Source: a virus. Taken from it: DNA of 64,000 nt. Under the pieces are notes generated by a model that had not been told where the DNA came from, did not search any database, and saw only the letters and a list, made by a program, of their open reading frames with translations. Location of the stretch: positions 32,001-96,000 of IMG/VR virus record IMGVR_UViG_3300032249_000542. One strand, 5' to 3'. The translations under genes and the position numbers were made by a program. Below are positions 56,801 through 64,000 of the stretch, in pieces; within the stretch, counting starts at the first letter, position 1; the number at the start of each line of letters is the position of its first letter.

Positions 56801-58747
56801 AACGGTTCTTTCGTACAATCAAACGCAGCATTTGATATTGCAAACTCGGCAGCTTTATATGCCAATGGTTCGTTTATACAAGCGAATGCATCATACAATT
56901 CACAGAATGTAACAGGTACATATGCTAATGCTGCATTCATTCATGCCAATGCTGCATTTAATGTTGCAAACAATTCTATTGATACGTATGTTCGTGCTCA
57001 TGCTAATGCATCATACAATACTGCAAACGCAGCTTTTGTTAGAGCAAATTCATCAGTATTCTCTATTACTGCAAACTCGTATGAGATTTATACGAACACA
57101 TCAACTGGAAACATACAGATTGGTCTTGCAAATGTAAACGCAAGTATCGGTACGTATGGTGGTGCTACTGCAATTCCAGTTATTAATGTTGATGGTTACG
57201 GTCGTGTACAGTCAGTTTCTAACACCACGATTACTGTTCCTCCTGGAACATATATTTTCCCGAACACCGGTCAACTTACAACAAATTCGAATTTTGGTAA
57301 TGTACTAATTGGGTTAGCTAATGTTAATTCAACTATAGGTACATTTGGTGGTGCTTCTGTTATTCCAATAATTCAAACTGACGGTTATGGTCGCATTACT
57401 AATATCGTTAATTCATCTATTAGTATACCATCCGGAACGAATATTGTCAATAGCAGTTTTATTACTGCCAACTCTCCAAATGGTACTGTTGCATTATCTC
57501 TGGCAAATTCTGGTGTAACTTCAGGAACGTATGGTGGTGGAGGTAATGTACCAGTAATTACGATAGATCAATATGGTCGTATAACGGTAGCTTCAAACAC
57601 AGTATCTTCAACAAATGCATTAAGTACGATTATCAGAAATTCGTACACAGCAACTGCTGCACAGACAGCATTTAACACAACTACTTCGTTTACTCCAGGG
57701 TATGCAGATGTTTATGTCAATGGATTAAAACTAAGTCCTGCTGATTATACCGCAAATCCAGTTGGCAGTATTAACATACTAAACCCAACATTAATAGATG
57801 GTGATGCAGTTGATATTCAAACCGCAACTACATTTATTGTTGATGCAAATACAAGATACGAAAAAACTACGTTTACTGCAACTGCTGGACAGACTGCATT
57901 TACGGTATCATACGTTGTAGGTAGTGTAAATGTATATCTAAATGGTTTACGTTTAAAAGAGACTGATGACTTTGTTGCAACCAATGGTTCAACTGTAACA
58001 TTAACTGTTGCTTGCGAACTAAATGATATAGTAGAGATTGAACGATCTGGTATGATGTATACCTATCTTGATAATCTTTATCTCTCAACAAGGTATGCTA
58101 ATACAGCAATATCAAATGGACAGACTACGTTTACTGTAACTGGTGGATACAAGGTTGGTTTTGTCGATGTCTACTTAAACGGTATTAAGTTAAACATTCC
58201 ATCTGACGTAGTTGCAAGTGATGGTTCGACTATTGTAATGCAATCATCAATTGTTGAGACTGGTGATAATATTGAAGTTGTTGGTATAGGTCCAGAGTTT
58301 ACACCTGCCAATGCGATATCAGTACGTGGTGGTACAATTTATGGATCGTTGATTGTTACAGAGAACGTAGTTGCAAATGCAGTTAATGTTGCAACCGTTT
58401 ACTTCAACGACGGAACAAAAATGATTACTGCTGCGTCTGGTTCAGGCACAGGAATAACATGGAAGATAATTAGTGCGAATACAACGGCAAATACAACAGA
58501 AGGTTTCCTTGTAGATACAACGACTGCGAATGTTTATATCACATTAAACTCATCACCTAGTCTTGGAAATACTGCTCGAATTGTAGATATGGCAGGAAAC
58601 TTTGCGATAAATAACTGTATCATCAAAGGAAATGGTAATAAGGTTATGGGAAGTACAGATGACTTTATCATTTCATCAAACAACGCTGGCATTGGTCTAG
58701 TGTACAGTAATGCAACTTACGGTTGGAGAATAATTGAGAATCCATAA
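53879..58747 (+). CDS. Very long fibre protein with Ala-Asn heptad repeats
   Basis: Dozens of ANxA[FY]xx / QN[TV]TG heptads; GTYG..IPVI..D.YGR repeats; three T.F...Y..G.VDVYLNG domains. Confidence 0.8.
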   Translation: MRNKQILLSGRAVTTNAANVAADRYSFLNLSDAEPNLGVASANDYVLVYNTHANTSGNRLWSKSLITSYDHANSAYSSQNTTGVYSNAAYAQANSASLYANGAFVQANAAYGSQNTTGTYANAAFLKANSAYASQNVTGTYANAAYAQANSASLYANGAFVQANAAYGSQNTTGTYANAAYAQANSASLYANGAFIQANAAYGSQNVTGTYANNAYVRANNSLNANVGGTVTGNVTIVGNLVSNTLTTTGSGGNITGANAIFANYVFANNIDLQLLANAAYAQANSASLYANGAFVQANAAYGSQNTTGTYANASFLKANSAYESQNTTGVYANAAYAQANSASLYANGAFVQANAAYNSQNTTGVYANSAFLQANSAYAQANSASLYANGAFIQANAAYNSQNVTGTYANNAYDQANSAASYANSAFVKANSAYASQNTTGVYANAAYAQANSASLYANGAFVQANAAYGSQNTTGVYANSAYASQNVTGTYANNAYVRANNSLNANVGGTVTGSVNVTGDLAVSGNLYILGNVTTIGADSLSIEDPIILLANNNITDVVDIGFVSHYSNNPVRHAGLIRHYVDKEWYLFDGYIPHIQDTNLLDLSNTSLVISTLNANLSANLITLRGIELGYYANAAFLQANTAYASQNVTGTYANSAYTQANSASLYANGAFVQANAAYTSQNVTGTYANNAYDQANSAASYANSAFVKANSAYASQNVTGTYANNAYLHANSGFIHANSAFETINNFSVVANTTNTTVIAVNDHANGAFLKANSAYASQNVTGTYANAAYAQANSAALYANGAFIQANAAFEVANSAAQSTYANAAFLKANSAYDSQNVTGTYANNAYAQANSASLYANGAFIQSNAAYTSQNVTGTYANNAYAQANSAATYANGAFIVANTPSHVANSAALYANGAFIQANAVFNVANSAALYANGSFIQSNAAYSSQNTTGVYANAAYAQANSGALYANGSFVQSNAAFDIANSAALYANGSFIQANASYNSQNVTGTYANAAFIHANAAFNVANNSIDTYVRAHANASYNTANAAFVRANSSVFSITANSYEIYTNTSTGNIQIGLANVNASIGTYGGATAIPVINVDGYGRVQSVSNTTITVPPGTYIFPNTGQLTTNSNFGNVLIGLANVNSTIGTFGGASVIPIIQTDGYGRITNIVNSSISIPSGTNIVNSSFITANSPNGTVALSLANSGVTSGTYGGGGNVPVITIDQYGRITVASNTVSSTNALSTIIRNSYTATAAQTAFNTTTSFTPGYADVYVNGLKLSPADYTANPVGSINILNPTLIDGDAVDIQTATTFIVDANTRYEKTTFTATAGQTAFTVSYVVGSVNVYLNGLRLKETDDFVATNGSTVTLTVACELNDIVEIERSGMMYTYLDNLYLSTRYANTAISNGQTTFTVTGGYKVGFVDVYLNGIKLNIPSDVVASDGSTIVMQSSIVETGDNIEVVGIGPEFTPANAISVRGGTIYGSLIVTENVVANAVNVATVYFNDGTKMITAASGSGTGITWKIISANTTANTTEGFLVDTTTANVYITLNSSPSLGNTARIVDMAGNFAINNCIIKGNGNKVMGSTDDFIISSNNAGIGLVYSNATYGWRIIENP
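54085..57050 (+). repeat. Degenerate 21-nt (7-aa) repeat array
   Basis: ANSASLY/ANGAFVQ/ANAAYGS/QN[TV]TG[TV]Y units with synonymous variation, interrupted by two non-repeat inserts. Confidence 0.85.
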
Positions 58748-61700
58748 TGGCTGATTTAAGAGACTATACAAAAAAGAACCCCATATTTGTTGGAACAGAT
58801 GGTATTAGATTACCAATTGGAACAGGCGCACAAAAAGGTGCGTCATCAAATGTTGCAGGTACTCTACGTTACAACACAGATATTAGTAGTATAGAATTTT
58901 TTACTCCATCGGGTTGGATTCCCCTTGGAGCTCCACCAGCTATAACTACAGTAACTCCTTCAACTTTTAATGGTACATCTGGATCAGAATTTACAATTAA
59001 CGGTTCAAACTTTAGTTCAGATGTTCAGGTGTATTTTGTTACATCAAATGGAACTAACATATTAGCATCAACTGTTACGTATATTGGTAATTCACAATTA
59101 AAAGCAACTACTCCTAGAAATATCACAGTACAAGAAGAACCGATTAGTGTTAAAGTAAATCAACCTTCGGGAATTTTTACAAAACCAGATTGTATTGATG
59201 CTGGTGGTCTACCGAGTTGGATTACTACAGCAGGAACATTAGGAAGTATATTTGGTGCAAATACAGTTAATGTATATGTGTCTGCAACGGACCCTGAAGG
59301 TTCATCAATATCATATCAAATAACATCAGGTTCATTGCCTGCAGGTTTAAGTTTAACTTCGGCAAATGGATTAGTTCAAGGTCTTGCAAGTTCAGTCTTA
59401 GCAAACACAACTTATAATTTTACAATTAAAGCAAACGACACGGCAACTAATAATACTGACAGAGCATTCAGTTATACTGTATTAAATCGTGCTCCTGTAA
59501 TCAATACTGCTGCAGGAAGTTTAGGAACAATCTATTCTGGAAATGCAGCTTCGGCAACAATTTCTGCATACGATCCAGACGGTGGAAGTATAACATTTGC
59601 TGTTGCTTCTGGATCATTACCAGCAAATAGTTCATTAGGAACTGCAAACGGAGTCATACAGGGAACTCCGATTCTTGTAACTACCAATACAACATATACA
59701 TTCTCAATTAGTACAACTGATGAAGGTAGTTTATCTGCATCAAATACCTACACATATACTGTATTAAATCGTCCTCCTTTGTGGAATACCAATCCGACAT
59801 TGACAACTATTAATGGTGCTGACCCTTACACACCAATTACAATTAACGCATACGATCCAGACGGAGCGAGTATAACATATTCTTTAACTTCTGGTGCTGT
59901 TCCAAGTGGATTAACATTTGTTACTGCAAATGCTACACTTACTGGAACACCTGATGAAGTTGAATCTAATACCACAAGTACATTTGTTGTTACTGCAACC
60001 GACGTTGGTTCAGATGCAAATGCAAGAACATTTAGTTTAACAGTTACACCAATTGTTGATGCTCAGTTTTCTAACACAGTTTTATTATTGCATGGTGATG
60101 GAAATACTTCAATTAGAGATGCCTCATCAGATAATCGCCCATTAACTGTTTTTGGAGATGTAAAGACAACTAACTTTAGTCCATTTTCAAATACTGCATA
60201 TGGTTCATATAGTGGAAATTTTGGTATGGCTGCAGGCAACTTGTACTATCCTGATAGTGATGCATATACATTAGGTAGTGCGGATTTTGCAATTGAATTC
60301 TGGTGGTATCCTACTAACATATCTTCAGAAACAGATATGTTTGGTCAATGGTCAAGTGGTGGTAATGATGAATCGTGGTTAATACATTGCCGTTCATCAA
60401 CCTTTGGACTGTCTTATGTAACGGATGGTTCATCTGACATTTATGTAGAAAGTGGAACTAAACCAACATTAGGTCGTTGGAATCATATTGTAGTATGTAG
60501 AAATAGTAATACCATTTCCATTTTTATAGATGGAGTGAGAACAGCTACTGGTTCTGAGTCAGGAGCGATTAGTAATTCTACTAGAGTGTGGTGCGTGGGT
60601 GGACGTGGAGGAAGTTCATATGGAAGAATAAATGGAATGATTTCTGATTTCCGTATCGTAAAAGGTAACGGACTCAGTCCATATAATGCAACTTCTTCTA
60701 CATTAACTGTTCCAACTGCACCGTTGCAAGATATTGCTGGAACAAGTTTTCATATCTTTAATAGAGCAAGAGGATTTACAGATACTATAACTGGGAATAT
60801 TCCTACGGTAGTTGATGCAGTATTATTAACAGCAAAAAGTCCATTTGGAAACACAGAAGCAGATACTACCACAGGATCAATGTATTTTGATGGTTCAGGA
60901 GATTATCTCAGTCTAGGAGCACCATACAATTTTGGTTCAAATAACTTTACTGTAGAAGGTTGGTTTTATTTAACCACAATATCTGGAACTCAATCACTTT
61001 GGGGATCATCTAATGGTGGTGGAGGACAATCTAAACTTCAAGTATATGTCTCAAGTGGAAATATTACTTTAGATTTTAATGGAAGTGCTGTTGTTGCAGC
61101 TACAGCAGCAACATATCTAGTTCCTGGCACATGGAATCATGTTGCGTATTGTAGAGGTGGAACCGGATCTAATCAAACCGCAGTTTTTATAAATGGTGTT
61201 CGTGCTGCGGTTGGTACATTAGGAAGTCAAACTGGAATTACCGATCATTTTAAAATTGGAAATAGTGAAGCTGGTGTAATTGCTGCGTCTTACATTTCTA
61301 ACTTTAGAATTGTTGATGGTACTGATGTTTATGGGTATACAAACACAACATATACTGTCCCAACAACTCCATTAACAAATATAACGAACACAAAATTATT
61401 AACTCTACAGAATCGTCAACCACACAACAATCACGGATTTATTGATAGTTCTAGAACTAAGAGTTTAATTACAAGAAACGGTAATCCTTCACAAGGTACG
61501 TTTACTCCGTTTAGTGCTGACTCTGGAAAATGGAGTGCATATTTTAATGGAAGTAGTGGAGTAAGATTTCCAGATAGTTCTGTTTTCTCAATGGGAACAA
61601 ATCCATTTACGATTGAAGCTTGGGTGTATGTAACAAAGACACAAGGAGCTGGATATTCTATTATTAGTCAATGGATAGACGGAAATGATAGTAACAGTTC

Positions 61701-63423
61701 ATGGATGATTGGATTTAATTGGGGTGGAGGATCAGGTGGTTCAAAATTTGAAGGAACTATTTCTATTGGTGGATCTGTTACTTCAGTAACAGACACGGTT
61801 GATTGTACACTTAACACTTGGAACCATGTAGTTCTTTCTCGTTCTGGTTCTCCAGGAACATTAGCATTATTCGTTAATGGAGTTCGTAAAGCTACAGCAA
61901 CTCCTACAGGTTCACTTATTGATGCTACTAATTCAGTTGGTATAGGTATTCGTGGTGGTACTAATGGTTATTACGCTGACGGAGTGTATATTTCCAATGC
62001 TCGTGTTGTTAATGGAACAGACGTATATGGAGCTACTAATACATCATTTACAGTTCCAACAACACCATTAACAGCAATTACAAACACTTCATTATTAACT
62101 TGTCAAGACAATCAATATAAAGACAATTCACCTAACGGATTAACTTCAACTACTGTAAGTATTCCACAAGTAAAAGCATTCTCACCATTTGCACCTAATA
62201 ACAAATATTCTACTGCAAATACTGGTGGTTCAATATACTTAGATGGTTCAGGTGACCATCTTTATGTTGGACATCCTATTGACTTTTACTTAGGTAATAA
62301 CTCAAGTGGTTATGATTTTTCATTCGAATGTTGGTATTACACTACAACTGCTGCTTTTCAAGGATTACTGTCTAAAAGAACAGGTGGGGTTGCATCGGGT
62401 TGGGAATTTGCAACTTCTGGAATGTATGGGGATTTAAACGGAACTTGGCGTGATTCAAATTCTATAGTTGGAGAAGGAGCAGGTACATATACTTCACAAA
62501 AATATGGACAATGGACACATATTTGTTACACTCGTTCAGGAACAAATGTTAGAATGTTTATTAATGGTAAATTAACATATGTTAAAACAGATATATCCGG
62601 TTACATACAACAACTAACCGATAAGTATTTAACCATAGGTGCTAACGGTGCAAATGGTGGAAATGAAAATTTATTTAATGGTTATATTTCTAGTATGAGA
62701 TTCTGCATTGAATCAATACCTACTGGTTACCAAACAGCTAGCACTACTGCAGGAACACAAATATTTACTCCACCGACTGCTCCGGTTACATTAACATCAC
62801 AAGGAGCTTTGGCAAATTCAGTTGTAATGCTAACAAATTTTAATAATGCAGCTATTGTAGATTCAACTGCAAAAACTATACTTGAAACCACTGGCGAAGC
62901 AAAAGTAAATAATTCCATTTATAAGTATGGAACAGGAGCATTGACATTTGATGGTACCGGAGATTCTTTGTTGTTTCATAATCCAATTGATTTTGCGTTT
63001 GGTATCGGAGATTTTACTGCTGAACTTTGGTTGTATCCAGTTTCGTGGGACTCAAACATGGTTGTGTTAATGGGTTATAGTTCTACTGGATTTGGAATAC
63101 AGAGATATGGTGGTGCTAGTAATCTAGGAATTATTATTAATGGATCATGGGTACTAACAGATGCTACCTTACCTTCCACTGGACAATGGACACATATTGC
63201 TGTTACAAGAACTAGCGGAACATTACGGTTTTTTGTTAATGGGGTAGTTTCAGGAAGCACTCCATCAAACACATCTGACATTAGTGGTGGAATGTACGGT
63301 GTTGCTGGATACTCCGGACAAACTTATTTTAATGGACACATGGAAGATATTCGTATTACCAAAGGTTCATCTCGTTACACAACAACCTTTACTCCTCCAA
63401 CTAGAGGATATCCAGACAAATAA
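58747..63423 (+). CDS. Fibre / adhesin with Ig-like and several LamG (concanavalin A-like) domains
   Basis: ATDPEG...GSLPAGLSL Ig/cadherin-like repeats; FDGSGDYL, FT.E.W, W.H.A..R, YISNFRI LamG motifs. Confidence 0.85.
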   Translation: MADLRDYTKKNPIFVGTDGIRLPIGTGAQKGASSNVAGTLRYNTDISSIEFFTPSGWIPLGAPPAITTVTPSTFNGTSGSEFTINGSNFSSDVQVYFVTSNGTNILASTVTYIGNSQLKATTPRNITVQEEPISVKVNQPSGIFTKPDCIDAGGLPSWITTAGTLGSIFGANTVNVYVSATDPEGSSISYQITSGSLPAGLSLTSANGLVQGLASSVLANTTYNFTIKANDTATNNTDRAFSYTVLNRAPVINTAAGSLGTIYSGNAASATISAYDPDGGSITFAVASGSLPANSSLGTANGVIQGTPILVTTNTTYTFSISTTDEGSLSASNTYTYTVLNRPPLWNTNPTLTTINGADPYTPITINAYDPDGASITYSLTSGAVPSGLTFVTANATLTGTPDEVESNTTSTFVVTATDVGSDANARTFSLTVTPIVDAQFSNTVLLLHGDGNTSIRDASSDNRPLTVFGDVKTTNFSPFSNTAYGSYSGNFGMAAGNLYYPDSDAYTLGSADFAIEFWWYPTNISSETDMFGQWSSGGNDESWLIHCRSSTFGLSYVTDGSSDIYVESGTKPTLGRWNHIVVCRNSNTISIFIDGVRTATGSESGAISNSTRVWCVGGRGGSSYGRINGMISDFRIVKGNGLSPYNATSSTLTVPTAPLQDIAGTSFHIFNRARGFTDTITGNIPTVVDAVLLTAKSPFGNTEADTTTGSMYFDGSGDYLSLGAPYNFGSNNFTVEGWFYLTTISGTQSLWGSSNGGGGQSKLQVYVSSGNITLDFNGSAVVAATAATYLVPGTWNHVAYCRGGTGSNQTAVFINGVRAAVGTLGSQTGITDHFKIGNSEAGVIAASYISNFRIVDGTDVYGYTNTTYTVPTTPLTNITNTKLLTLQNRQPHNNHGFIDSSRTKSLITRNGNPSQGTFTPFSADSGKWSAYFNGSSGVRFPDSSVFSMGTNPFTIEAWVYVTKTQGAGYSIISQWIDGNDSNSSWMIGFNWGGGSGGSKFEGTISIGGSVTSVTDTVDCTLNTWNHVVLSRSGSPGTLALFVNGVRKATATPTGSLIDATNSVGIGIRGGTNGYYADGVYISNARVVNGTDVYGATNTSFTVPTTPLTAITNTSLLTCQDNQYKDNSPNGLTSTTVSIPQVKAFSPFAPNNKYSTANTGGSIYLDGSGDHLYVGHPIDFYLGNNSSGYDFSFECWYYTTTAAFQGLLSKRTGGVASGWEFATSGMYGDLNGTWRDSNSIVGEGAGTYTSQKYGQWTHICYTRSGTNVRMFINGKLTYVKTDISGYIQQLTDKYLTIGANGANGGNENLFNGYISSMRFCIESIPTGYQTASTTAGTQIFTPPTAPVTLTSQGALANSVVMLTNFNNAAIVDSTAKTILETTGEAKVNNSIYKYGTGALTFDGTGDSLLFHNPIDFAFGIGDFTAELWLYPVSWDSNMVVLMGYSSTGFGIQRYGGASNLGIIINGSWVLTDATLPSTGQWTHIAVTRTSGTLRFFVNGVVSGSTPSNTSDISGGMYGVAGYSGQTYFNGHMEDIRITKGSSRYTTTFTPPTRGYPDK

Positions 63424-63426
63424 GAT

Positions 63427-64000
63427 ATGGCAACTACAAAATCATCTAATACGGTAGTAAATATTAAACAAGTACCTATTGCTTTTGCACAGGCTAATAC
63501 TGCATTTGCATCTGCAAACAATGTAGCTCCACAAATACAACCTGCGTTTAGTACAGCTAATTCAGCAGGACTTTATGCTAACGCATCTTTCTTACATGCT
63601 AACAATGCTTATGTACGTGCAAACAATTCTCTTAATGCAAACGTGGGTGGAACAGTTACTGGTAATGTTGTAGTCATTGGTAATGTGGTATCAGATGCAT
63701 TCCAAACATCTGGACCTGCTGGTGACATTACTGGTGCTAATGCAATATTCGCAAATTACATTTTTGCAAGTAACACAAATTTACACTTACTTGCAAACTC
63801 ATCATATGCACAAGCAAATGCTGCATTCAACGCTGCGAATAATGCATCAGATTCATGGGTACGTAATCAAGCAAATCTTGCTTTTGACAAAGCGAATACT
63901 TCATTATCAAACACTAATTTAAATGTTTTTGGAACACTCAGAATGTTAAATCAAAGTGGTGATGAAGGTGGTGAATTATTTTTAGATAAACCAGTATCAA
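63427..64000 (+). CDS. Fibre protein with Ala-Asn repeats, 3'-truncated by the window edge
   Basis: ATG 63427 (MATTKSSNTVV...); frame open to the window end; shares ANNAYVRANNSLNANVGGTVTG with 53879..58747. Confidence 0.75.
   Translation, partial: MATTKSSNTVVNIKQVPIAFAQANTAFASANNVAPQIQPAFSTANSAGLYANASFLHANNAYVRANNSLNANVGGTVTGNVVVIGNVVSDAFQTSGPAGDITGANAIFANYIFASNTNLHLLANSSYAQANAAFNAANNASDSWVRNQANLAFDKANTSLSNTNLNVFGTLRMLNQSGDEGGELFLDKPVS

Noticed and set aside
54085-57050. Possible CRISPR array or DGR template/variable repeats
   Set aside because: The repeats are in-frame coding heptads with third-position variation. There is no constant repeat with unique spacers, no adenine-specific variation and no reverse transcriptase in the window.
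63677-63922. 81-aa plus-strand ORF
   Set aside because: Out of frame within the truncated fibre gene that starts at 63427.
1-64000. Stop-codon reassignment
   Set aside because: Core genes are full length in the standard code, and both TAG and TGA occur as apparent genuine stops.

Overview
A 64 kb, AT-rich segment of a large T4-like (myovirus) phage genome, probably infecting a proteobacterium. 1-16.9 kb (+ strand) is an early/middle accessory and replication region. It carries GT2 and galE, a ClpP-like protease, small ORFs under sigma70-type promoters that share a TRTTG-N8-CAAYA palindrome, envelope lipoproteins, a DenV-like glycosylase, heme oxygenase, PhoH, an exonuclease, a circularly permuted two-piece tmRNA gene, an SleB-like hydrolase, dsbA/33/59, an S11 D,D-peptidase and gp32. 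16.9-21.9 kb (- strand) holds gp4, gp2, a tail-tube-fold gene, gp26-like and gp51-like ORFs joined by a candidate -1 frameshift, and a tape-measure-like gene. 21.9-64 kb (+ strand) holds the baseplate (48, 53, hub, 5, 5.4, 25, 6, 7, 8), a VrlC-like protein and a long array of modular fibre/adhesin genes with Ala-Asn heptad repeats. The best leads are the permuted tmRNA with an LAA-ended tag in a genome that also encodes ClpP, the lambda G/GT-like frameshift before the tape-measure-like gene, and the operator-plus-wHTH regulon. All protein calls come from motif recognition and gene order; no database searches were run.
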